Positions 10,234-20,191 of a DNA stretch of 64,000 nucleotides are shown here, in pieces. The notes under the pieces are model-generated. The model was not told the origin of the DNA. It saw nothing but the letters and a program-made list of their open reading frames with translations, and made no database searches. Every line of letters starts with the position of its first letter. The stretch's first letter is position 1. A program made the position numbers and the translations under genes. This DNA comes from Mobula hypostoma (lineage: Eukaryota), in NCBI RefSeq assembly GCF_963921235.1, contig NC_086108.1, positions 95,544,001 to 95,608,000 on the forward strand, read 5' to 3'.

Positions 10234-13233
10234 TTGGGGGGTGGGAATCAAATTAAAGCGGCTAGGCGTGAGGAGGTTAGTTCACAACAGAGGGATGGGA
10301 ACCAGTGCAGAGAGACAGAGGAGTGTAAAGTGAGCGTAGAAGCAAAAAGTACAAAGGGGAAAAGTAAAAGTGGCAGGCCGACAAATCCAGGGCAAGCATT
10401 AAAAAGGGCTAAGAGAGTTGTAAAAGAGCGCCTGAAGGCTTTATGTGTCAATGCAAGGAGCATTCGTAATAAGGTGGATGAATTGAAAGTGCAGATTGTT
10501 ATTAATGATTATGATATAGTTGGGATCACAGAGACATGGCTCCAGGGTGACCAGGGATGGGAGCTCAACGTTCAGGGATATTCAATATTCAGGAGGGATA
10601 GACACGAAGGAAGGGGAGGTGGGGTGGCGTTGCTGGTTAATAAAGAGATTAACGCAATAGAAAGGAAGGACATAAGCCGGGAAGATGTGGAATCGATATG
10701 GGTAGAGCTGCGTAACACTAAGGGGCAGAAGACGCTGCTGGGAGTTGTGTACAGGCCACCTAACAGTAGTAGTGAGGTCGGAGATGGTATTAAACAGGAA
10801 ATTAGAAATGTGTGCAATAAAGGAACAGCAGTTATAATGGGTGACTTCAATCTACATGTAGACTGGGTGAACCAAATTGGTAAAGGTGCTGAGGAAGAGG
10901 ATTTCTTGGAATGTATGCGGGATGGTTTTTTGAACCAACATGTCGAGGAACCGACTAGAGAGCAGGCTATTCTGGACTGGGTTTTGAGCAATGAGGAAGG
11001 GTTAATTAGCGATCTTGTCGTGAGAGGCCCCTTGGGTAAGAGTGACCATAATATGGTGGAATTCTTCATTAACATGGAGAGTGACGTAGTTAATTCAGAA
11101 ACAAAGGTTCTGAACTTAAAGAGGGGTAACTTTGAAGGTATGAGACATGAATTAGCTAAGATAGACTGGCAAATGACACTTCAAGGATTGACGGTGGATA
11201 TGCAATGGCAGGCATTTAAAGGTTGCATGGATGAACTACAACAATTGTTCATCCCAGTTTGGCAAAAGAATAAATCAAGGAAGGTAGTGCACCCGTGGCT
11301 GACAAGAGAAATTAGGGATAGTATCAATTCCAAAGAAGTAGCATACAAATTAGCCAGAGAAAGTGGCTCACCTGAGGACTGGGAGAAATTCAGAGTTCAG
11401 CAGAGGAGGACAAAGGGCTTAATTAGGAAGGGGAAAAAAGATTATGAGAGAAAACTGGCAGAGAACATAAAAACGGACTGTAAAAGCTTTTATAGATATG
11501 TAAAAAGGAAAAGACTGATAAAGACAAATGTAGGTCCCCTGCAAACAGAAACAGGTGAATTGATTATGGGGAGCAAGGACATGGCAGACCAATTGAATAA
11601 TTACTTTGGTTCTGTCTTCACTAAGGAGGACATAAATAATCTTCCAGAAATAGTAAGGGACAGAGGGTCCAGTGAGATGGAGGAACTGAGCGAAATACAT
11701 GTTAGTAGGGAAGTGGTGTTAGGTAAATTGAAGGGATTGAAGGCAGATAAATCCCCAGGGCCAGATGGTCTGCATCCCAGAGTGCTTAAGGAAGTGGCCC
11801 AAGAAATAGTGGATGCATTAGTGATAATTTTTCAAAACTCGTTAGATTCTGGACTAGTTCCTGAGGATTGGAGGGTGGCTAATGTAACCCCACTTTTTAA
11901 AAAAGGAGGGAGAGAGAAACCGGGGAATTATAGGCCGGTTAGCCTAACGTCGGTGGTGGGGAAACTGCTGGAGTCAGTTATCAAGGATGTGATAACAGCA
12001 CATTTGGAAAGCGGTGAAATGATCGGACAAAGTCAGCATGGATTTGTGAAAGGAAAATCATGTCTGACGAATCTCATAGAATTTTTTGAGGATGTAACTA
12101 GTAGAGTGGATAGGGGAGAACCAGTGGATGTGGTATATTTGGATTTTCAAAAGGCTTTTGACAAGGTCCCACATAGGAGATTAGTGTGCAAACTTAAAGC
12201 ACACGGTATTGGGGGTAAGGTATTGGTGTGGGTGGAGAATTGGTTAGCAGACAGGAAGCAAAGAGTGGGAATAAACGGGACCTTTTCAGAATGGCAGGCG
12301 GTGACTAGTGGGGTACCGCAAGGCTCAGTGCTGGGACCCCAGTTGTTTACAATATATATTAATGACTTGGATGAGGGAATTAAATGCAGCATCTCCAAGT
12401 TTGCGGATGACACGAAGCTGGGTGGCAGTGTTAGCAGTGAGGAGGATGCTAAGAGGATGCAGGGTGACTTGGATAGGTTGGGTGAGTGGGCAAACTCATG
12501 GCAGATGCAATTTAATGTGGATAAATGTGAAGTTATCCACTTTGGTGGCAAAAATAGGAAAACAGATTATTATCTGAATGGTGGCCGATTAGGAAAAGGG
12601 GAGGTGCAACGAGACCTGGGTGTCATTATACACCAGTCATTGAAAGTGGGCATGCAGGTACAGCAGGCGGTGAAAAAGGCGAACGGTATGCTGGCATTTA
12701 TAGCGAGAGGATTCGAGTACAGGAGCAGGGAGGTACTACTGCAGTTGTACAAGGCCTTGGTGAGACCACACCTGGAGTATTGTGTGCAGTTTTGGTCCCC
12801 TAATCTGAGGAAAGACATCTTTGCCATAGAGGGAGTACAAAGAAGGTTCACCAGATTGATTCCTGGGATGGCAGGTCTTTCATATGAAGAAAGACTGGAT
12901 GAACTGGGCTTGTACTCGTTGGAATTTAGAAGATTGAGGGGGGATCTGATTGAAACGTATAAGATCCTAAACGGATTGGACAGGCTAGATGCAGGAAGAT
13001 TGTTCCCGATGTTGGGGAGGTCTAGAACGAGGGGTCACAGTTTGAGGATAGAGGGGAAGCCTTTTAGGACCGAGGTTAGGAAAAACTTCTTCACACAGAG
13101 AGTGGTGAATCTGTGGAATTCTCTGCCACAGCAAACTGTTGAGGCCAGTTCATTAGCTATGTTTAAAAGGAAGTTAGATATGGCCCTTGTGGCTACAGGG
13201 GTCAGGGGGTATGGAGGGAAGGCTGGGTTCTGA
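10234..13233 (+). CDS. CR1 ORF2, AP-endonuclease plus reverse transcriptase (uninterrupted, no AUG start)
   Basis: NARS, ITETW, VYRPP, GDFN and SDH (APE); SPGPDG, YRPVSL, GVPQGSVLGP and KFADD (RT); frame open from 10213; first in-frame ATG only at 10837. Confidence 0.95.
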   Translation: MGGGNQIKAARREEVSSQQRDGNQCRETEECKVSVEAKSTKGKSKSGRPTNPGQALKRAKRVVKERLKALCVNARSIRNKVDELKVQIVINDYDIVGITETWLQGDQGWELNVQGYSIFRRDRHEGRGGGVALLVNKEINAIERKDISREDVESIWVELRNTKGQKTLLGVVYRPPNSSSEVGDGIKQEIRNVCNKGTAVIMGDFNLHVDWVNQIGKGAEEEDFLECMRDGFLNQHVEEPTREQAILDWVLSNEEGLISDLVVRGPLGKSDHNMVEFFINMESDVVNSETKVLNLKRGNFEGMRHELAKIDWQMTLQGLTVDMQWQAFKGCMDELQQLFIPVWQKNKSRKVVHPWLTREIRDSINSKEVAYKLARESGSPEDWEKFRVQQRRTKGLIRKGKKDYERKLAENIKTDCKSFYRYVKRKRLIKTNVGPLQTETGELIMGSKDMADQLNNYFGSVFTKEDINNLPEIVRDRGSSEMEELSEIHVSREVVLGKLKGLKADKSPGPDGLHPRVLKEVAQEIVDALVIIFQNSLDSGLVPEDWRVANVTPLFKKGGREKPGNYRPVSLTSVVGKLLESVIKDVITAHLESGEMIGQSQHGFVKGKSCLTNLIEFFEDVTSRVDRGEPVDVVYLDFQKAFDKVPHRRLVCKLKAHGIGGKVLVWVENWLADRKQRVGINGTFSEWQAVTSGVPQGSVLGPQLFTIYINDLDEGIKCSISKFADDTKLGGSVSSEEDAKRMQGDLDRLGEWANSWQMQFNVDKCEVIHFGGKNRKTDYYLNGGRLGKGEVQRDLGVIIHQSLKVGMQVQQAVKKANGMLAFIARGFEYRSREVLLQLYKALVRPHLEYCVQFWSPNLRKDIFAIEGVQRRFTRLIPGMAGLSYEERLDELGLYSLEFRRLRGDLIETYKILNGLDRLDAGRLFPMLGRSRTRGHSLRIEGKPFRTEVRKNFFTQRVVNLWNSLPQQTVEASSLAMFKRKLDMALVATGVRGYGGKAGF

Positions 13234-13329
13234 GTTGGATGATCAGCCATGATCATAATAAATGGCGGTGCAGGCTCGAAGGGCCGAATGGCCTACTCCT
13301 GCACCTATTTTCTATGTTTCTATGTTTCT

Positions 13330-15312
13330 AAATTAGCCAGAGAAAGTGGCTCACCTGAGGACTGGGAGAAATTCAGAGTTCAGCAGAGGAGGACAAAGGG
13401 CTTAATTAGGAAGGGGAAAAAAGATTATGAGAGAAAACTGGCAGAGAACATAAAAACGGACTGTAAAAGCTTTTATAGATATGTAAAAAGGAAAAGACTG
13501 ATAAAGACAAATGTAGGTCCCCTGCAAACAGAAACAGGTGAATTGATTATGGGGAGCAAGGACATGGCAGACCAATTGAATAATTACTTTGGTTCTGTCT
13601 TCACTAAGGAGGACATAAATAATCTTCCAGAAATAGTAAGGGACAGAGGGTCCAGTGAGATGGAGGAACTGAGCGAAATACATGTTAGTAGGGAAGTGGT
13701 GTTAGGTAAATTGAAGGGATTGAAGGCAGATAAATCCCCAGGGCCAGATGGTCTGCATCCCAGAGTGCTTAAGGAAGTGGCCCAAGAAATAGTGGATGCA
13801 TTAGTGATAATTTTTCAAAACTCGTTAGATTCTGGACTAGTTCCTGAGGATTGGAGGGTGGCTAATGTAACCCCACTTTTTAAAAAAGGAGGGAGAGAGA
13901 AACCGGGGAATTATAGGCCGGTTAGCCTAACGTCGGTGGTGGGGAAACTGCTGGAGTCAGTTATCAAGGATGTGATAACAGCACATTTGGAAAGCGGTGA
14001 AATGATCGGACAAAGTCAGCATGGATTTGTGAAAGGAAAATCATGTCTGACGAATCTCATAGAATTTTTTGAGGATGTAACTAGTAGAGTGGATAGGGGA
14101 GAACCAGTGGATGTGGTATATTTGGATTTTCAAAAGGCTTTTGACAAGGTCCCACACAGGAGATTAGTGTGCAAACTTAAAGCACATGGTATTGGGGGTA
14201 AGGTATTGGTGTGGGTGGAGAATTGGTTAGCAGACAGGAAGCAAAGAGTGGGAATAAACGGGACCTTTTCAGAATGGCAGGCGGTGACTAGTGGGGTACC
14301 GCAAGGCTCAGTGCTGGGACCCCAGTTGTTTACAATATATATTAATGACTTGGATGAGGGAATTAAATGCAGCATCTCCAAGTTTGCGGATGACACGAAG
14401 CTGGGTGGCAGTGTTAGCAGTGAGGAGGATGCTAAGAGGATGCAGGGTGACTTGGATAGGTTGGGTGAGTGGGCAAACTCATGGCAGATGCAATTTAATG
14501 TGGATAAATGTGAAGTTATCCACTTTGGTGGCAAAAATAGGAAAACAGATTATTATCTGAATGGTGGCCGATTAGGAAAAGGGGAGGTGCAACGAGACCT
14601 GGGTGTCATTATACACCAGTCATTGAAAGTGGGCATGCAGGTACAGCAGGCGGTGAAAAAGGCGAACGGTATGCTGGCATTTATAGCGAGAGGATTCGAG
14701 TACAGGAGCAGGGAGGTACTACTGCAGTTGTACAAGGCCTTGGTGAGACCACACCTGGAGTATTGTGTGCAGTTTTGGTCCCCTAATCTGAGGAAAGACA
14801 TCCTTGCCATAGAGGGAGTACAAAGAAGGTTCACCAGATTGATTCCTGGGATGGCAGGTCTTTCATATGAAGAAAGACTGGATGAACTGGGCTTGTACTC
14901 GTTGGAATTTAGAAGATTGAGGGGGGATCTGATTGAAACGTATAAGATCCTAAAGGGATTGGACAGGCTAGATGCGGGAAGATTGTTCCCGATGTTGGGG
15001 AGGTCTAGAACGAGGGGTCACAGTTTGAGGATAGAGGGGAAGCCTTTTAGGACCGAGGTTAGGAAAAACTTCTTCACACAGAGAGTGGTGAATCTGTGGA
15101 ATTCTCTGCCACAGCAAACTGTTGAGGCCAGTTCATTAGCTATGTTTAAAAGGAAGTTAGATATGGCCCTTGTGGCTACAGGGGTCACGGGGTATGGAGG
15201 GAAGGCTGGGTTCTGAGTTGGATGATCAGCCATGATCATAATAAATGGCGGTGCAGGCTCGAAGGGCCGAATGGCCTACTCCTGCACCTATTTTCTATGT
15301 TTCTATGTTTCT
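13330..15312 (+). mobile_element. Second, 5'-truncated CR1 copy fused directly to the tail of the first
   Basis: Restarts at aaattagccagagaaagtgg (about 11347 in copy 1) right after the (tttctatg)n tail; 1983-bp offset; has its own 3'UTR and tail. Confidence 0.95.
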
Positions 15313-16434
15313 AAACTGCCATGAGATACAATGAAAGAGACAGTTTAAATTCACACGGGGTAAGTGTGAAAAATACCAGTGATAGCATCTTTATTCTTAT
15401 GCTCTACAAGGATAACATTATTGATTGCAGAGTGGGGAAGCAACATTCTTTGATATAAACCAAAGAATGCAGTTATCTGCATCAATTAGAGGAGCCTCTT
15501 TTCATACCGATTTGCAGCAACTTCACACCCAGTATATTGCTATCCAGAAGCAGCGAGGAGATGAATGATTTGCTCAAGTACATCCATATAGATCTGTTAG
15601 TGCATTAATACCACTAGGCTGTTCAATGACTATGCAGCGAAGCTTTTCCAAACAAAAACCCTTTACTCAGTCATAAGTCCCAGAGCAACCACCTGTCATA
15701 GTGCAATCATCTTATTGTGGCTGTATTAAAAGGAGGGCTAAAAGCATACAATCTACAGGTGTGGCACATTCATGTATGCAGTAGCAGACAAAGGTCAGTC
15801 ACATTTAAGGCAAACTGTACCTCAGGGCCAGATTCTCAGAAGAACAAAGCTTTCAGTACAGGGACAAGAACAAAATCGCAAGCAATAGTGGTCCATTAAT
15901 GTTAGACTTCAATAATTGTTTACTGAAACAGTATTAAAATTGTCACCTAAAGAAAAGGAAAACATTTCTGCAGGGGAAGTGAAGGCCATCAATGTTACAG
16001 TCATTAGCCTGAGCTTAATGTGATGACAGTGACATGCAGTATGTAGAAAGCTACCACAACATTTCATTACCCATCACTTTAACTATCTAGTTAAGACTGT
16101 GCACCAGGAGGTAGATCTTAACTTACTTACTTTCAAAACTTCATTGCTCATTACATTTTAAAAATAGAGGTGTAAAGCACAGCTGGATTTCTCACATATT
16201 TAAAAAACTGAGGAAACTAACTATATGACAGGACCTAGAGCGATATTTTTCTAGTTATCACTGTGCTTTCCATTCTTGCAAGCTACCACTTCGCTAACCT
16301 CCCGTTCCTCCCCAGACATCTTAAACATGCTGTCCCATTCCAAATCTATGCCCATTTTGCTCATCTGAAGTTCTTAAGTCAGGTGTCTACCTTTGCTGAG
16401 ATGTCTCTCAGACACCTGAAACACATTGTACATG

Positions 16435-18190
16435 ATCAGAATCAGATTTATTAACTGACGTGAAATTTGTTAACTTAGCAGTAGCAGTTCAATGCAATAC
16501 ATAATCCAGCAGAGAAAAAAAAAGTAAAGTTAAAAAAAAATAAATAAGTCAATTATGGTATACATATATTGAATAGATTTTTTTAAAAAAACATGCAAGA
16601 ACAGAAATACTGTATATAAAAAGTGAGGTGATGCCCAAAGAGTCAATACCTATTTAGAAATCAGATGGCAGAGGGGAAGAAGTTGTTCCTGAATTGCTGA
16701 GTGTGTGCCTTCAGGCTCCTGTACCTCCTACCTGATGGTAACAATGAGAAAAGGGCATGCCCTAAGTGCTGGAGGTCCTTAACAATGGAAGCTACCTTTC
16801 TGAGACACTGCTCCTTGAAGATGTAGGCTAGTACCCAAGATGGAGCTGACTAGATTTACAACCTTCTGCAGCTTCTTTCGGTCCTGTGTTGTAGTCCCTC
16901 CATACCAGACAGTGATGCAGCCTGTCAGAATGCTCTCCATGGTACAATTTTAGAAGTTTTTGAGTATATTTGTTGACATGCCATATCTCTTCAAACTCCT
17001 AATAAAGTATAGCTGCTGTCTTGCCTTCTTTATAACTACATCGATATATTGGGACCAGGTTAGATCCTCAGAGATCTTGACACCCAGGAACTTGAAACTG
17101 CTCACTCTCTCCACTTCTGATCCCTCTATGAGGACTGGTATGTGTTCCTTTGTCTTACCCTTCCTGAAGTCCACAATCAGCTCTTTCGTCTTACTGACGT
17201 TGAGTGCCAGGTTGTTGCTGCAGCACCATTCCACTAGTTGGCATATCTCACTCCTGTATGACCTCTCATCACCACCTGAGATTCTACCAAAATTGGCTGT
17301 ATCATCAGCAAATTTATAGGTGGTATTTGAGCTATGCCTAGCCACACAGTCATGTCTATATCGAGAGTAGAGCAGTGGGCTAAACATACAACCAAGGAGA
17401 GCCAATGTTGATCGTCAGCAAGGACGATGTGTTATCACCAATCTGCACAGATTGTGGTCTTCCGGTTAGGAAGTCGAAGATCCATTTGCAGAGGGAGGTA
17501 CAGAGACCCAGGTTCTGCAACTTCTGGGACTGATGGTATTAAATGCTGAGCTGTAGTTGATGAACAGCATCCTGACATAGGTGTTTCTGTTGACTAGGTG
17601 GTTTAAAGCCGTGTGGAGAGCCGTTAAGGTTGCATCTGCCGTTGACCTATTGTGGTGATAGGTAAATTGCAATGGGTCCAGGTCCTTGCCGAGGCAGGAG
17701 TTCAGTCTAGTCATGACCAGCCTCTCAAAGCATTTCATTACTGTGGATGTGAGTGCTACCAGGCGATAGTCATTAAGGCAGCCCACATCATTCTTCTTAG
17801 GCACTGGTATAATTGTTGCCTTTTTGAAGCAAGTGGGAACTTCCGCCCGTAGCAGTGAGAGATTGAAAATGTCCTTCAGTACTCCCGCTAGTTGGTTGGC
17901 ACAGGTTTTCAGAGCCTTACCAGGTACTCCATTTGGACCTTCCCCCCCTTGCGAGGTTTCACTCTCTTTAAAGTCAGCCTAACATCAGCCTCTGAGGCAG
18001 AGATCACAGGGTCACCAGGTGCAGCAGGGATCTTCACAGCTGTAGTTGTGTTGTCCCTTTCAAAGCGTGCTTAGTAGGCGTTGAGTTTTTCTGGTAGTGA
18101 AGCAATCATGCCATTGGGTTTCACTTTGTAGGAAGTAATGTCTTGCAGACCCTGCCAGAGTTGCTGTGCATCCGATGTCACCTCCAACCT
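16435..18190 (-). mobile_element. Rex1/Babar-like LINE, RT region and 3'UTR, frameshifted
   Basis: ORFs 17466..17804 ([28 protein letters not shown]) and 16950..17405 (KFADDT, LNVSKTKELIVDFR); (atcaga)n tail. Confidence 0.9.
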
Positions 18191-20191
18191 CACTAAGTCA
18201 CATTAAACTATCCACAACCTGTCTGTAGCCTACAACCCATCCTTTTCCAAGTCTGTTCTCTATCATTCAGTTAAACAATTCCACACTCAAAACAGTTCCT
18301 TGACTATTAAAAGCTTAGCCCGAGAATAACCTGCATTGATTTTTCTTTCTGGAGCTGCAGGGTTGACTCTAAACTTTCCAAAGCACCCATATTTCCCCCC
18401 CTTTTTTAAGTGCCAACTATCAGCGACATTATTGAAACATGTCAAGTTTAGGCTCGAGCTCCCGCCATACCCAACGATGTTCTGGCTGCCAATACTCCAC
18501 CATAATATGGACTACCTTCCACAACAGACAATAAACAAGTTCAATAAATGTCTTCAAGAGGCAATGCCCCATGGAGGTGGCATCTACCATTACGGGGTCT
18601 TAGCATCTGGGACATACCCTCTGCTTATTACTACCATCAGTTCAAATATATGTTTCTTGCTATATTACTCTAAAATTTTATTTTTCCTATCCTCCTCAAT
18701 TCTTGGCCCATTGCATCTTTTAATTTTCCCCCCAATCTTCAAATCAATTTAATTCAAGGGGAGGGGTTTGCCTCCTTAGAAAATGTTCCAAGAAAACATG
18801 ATTTTCTGTCATGTGAAACCTTGTCACGTGTGCATGTGTTGAGAAAAACTAGTTGAAAGACGAATTTTGTGTATATTCTGTGACAGGAAATTTTATTCTA
18901 TAATTCAAATTATGGGTAGTGATTTTCTGGATTCTGTAAGGGTGAAATTCTGTTAGTGGAATGTTGTCTGTATTCCTTCCTCTACTCAAAACCCTCAATG
19001 TTCGCTAACTCTGGAGAAAAATTCAATATCTCAGTTTTTCTTAACAATTGCTAACAGGCACCTGGAGATTTGCTGAGAAAATTGGTTGCTGTGCAAGGTC
19101 TCCAGGGCATCTTCAGTCCATTTCTCAGCTGCACAGACAAAAAAACTGTTAACTGAAAGGAGATGAACTGTGTCTTCTCTCTAAAGCAGTGAAGCAGAAA
19201 ACTGCTATTGCTGAATCTTTTTCTCTCTCTCTCTCTCTCTCTCTTGTTTACTGAGTGCATTAAGACCTGAAAAGCATTACTTTCCTTCCAAAGGATAAAC
19301 AGCACTGTTTGGGGTAAAAGATTGTTACAGTTAATCTCATTTTAAATATTTCTTGCTTGAACACTTAGTTCAATTGAAATTTGCAGTATCAAAAAATGTA
19401 ATGTTTTAGAAGGTTGTTTTAAAATACACTTATAATAAAATTGAGCTAGTGTAGGGTTGCTTAAGGGACATGGAAAATTACTATGGAAAATTAAAAGATG
19501 GCTGTTATCTTTTTCTGGCATATAAATGTATGAATGTAATCCTTAGTCCTAAGTAACATGAGTTGTAAGGTGACTGTAGACCTACATAATTAAATAAAGA
19601 TTAAAGCACAACAGATCAAAATGGCTTCCTGAAATTAGATCCAGGTAATTCATTATACTTGTTTGAACTATAAATTAGATCATCTATTTCATTACACAAT
19701 AGAAAATAGACCAGTACAAGTATATTTTTACTGTTTTCTGTTTATTTACTGTCTGAGGCAGACTGCTCTAGAGGTTTTGCATCCAACATTGATAGCTACT
19801 GCTACACAAGCTATAATGACCCAGGTTTAAGTCTGACTAGGGTGGAGTTTGCATGTTGGTTTACTTCCATGCCATTGGAAAACAAGAAAATATGACAAAG
19901 TCAAATCTGTCATAATCAAAATAGTAAAACATTTTAACAGTTTAATAAGCATCTGACAAACAGTTATTAAAGTTGGTATACTTAAAAATAATTTTCAAAA
20001 TAAAATTACAAACCCATTCTGATCTTTGAAAATAATTATAAATTCTGAAGTAATTATGTCAATATTCCTATTGCCTCCTGATATGTAGACCTGGAATACG
20101 CATTGAAATTAATGGGAGTTTCAGGTTCTAAAACTGGCCTAATCTGGAATAGGACTTAAGATACAGGAAGAATTTAGTATATATTTAGTAT

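Larger units (their letters stand above)
9906..13329 (+). mobile_element. Young CR1 LINE, 5'-truncated within ORF1, with intact ORF2
   Basis: ORF1 3' part encodes an SGNH esterase (VVISGLLPVP...DGLHLN); ORF2 has APE and RT; 3'UTR with (tttctatg)n tail. Confidence 0.97.

Noticed and set aside
10248..15239. Repeated antisense and alternate-frame ORFs (167, 134, 93, 89 aa) in CR1 copies
   Set aside because: They recur only because the copies are near-identical; no recognisable domains.
15860..15960. Possible extra RPAP2 exon after a minus-strand ttttctttag acceptor
   Set aside because: No RPAP2-like peptide; exons 28005-28085 and 6478-6546 already join in frame.
18336..18752. 138-aa ORF
   Set aside because: No recognisable motif; lies in heavily decayed repeat-like sequence.
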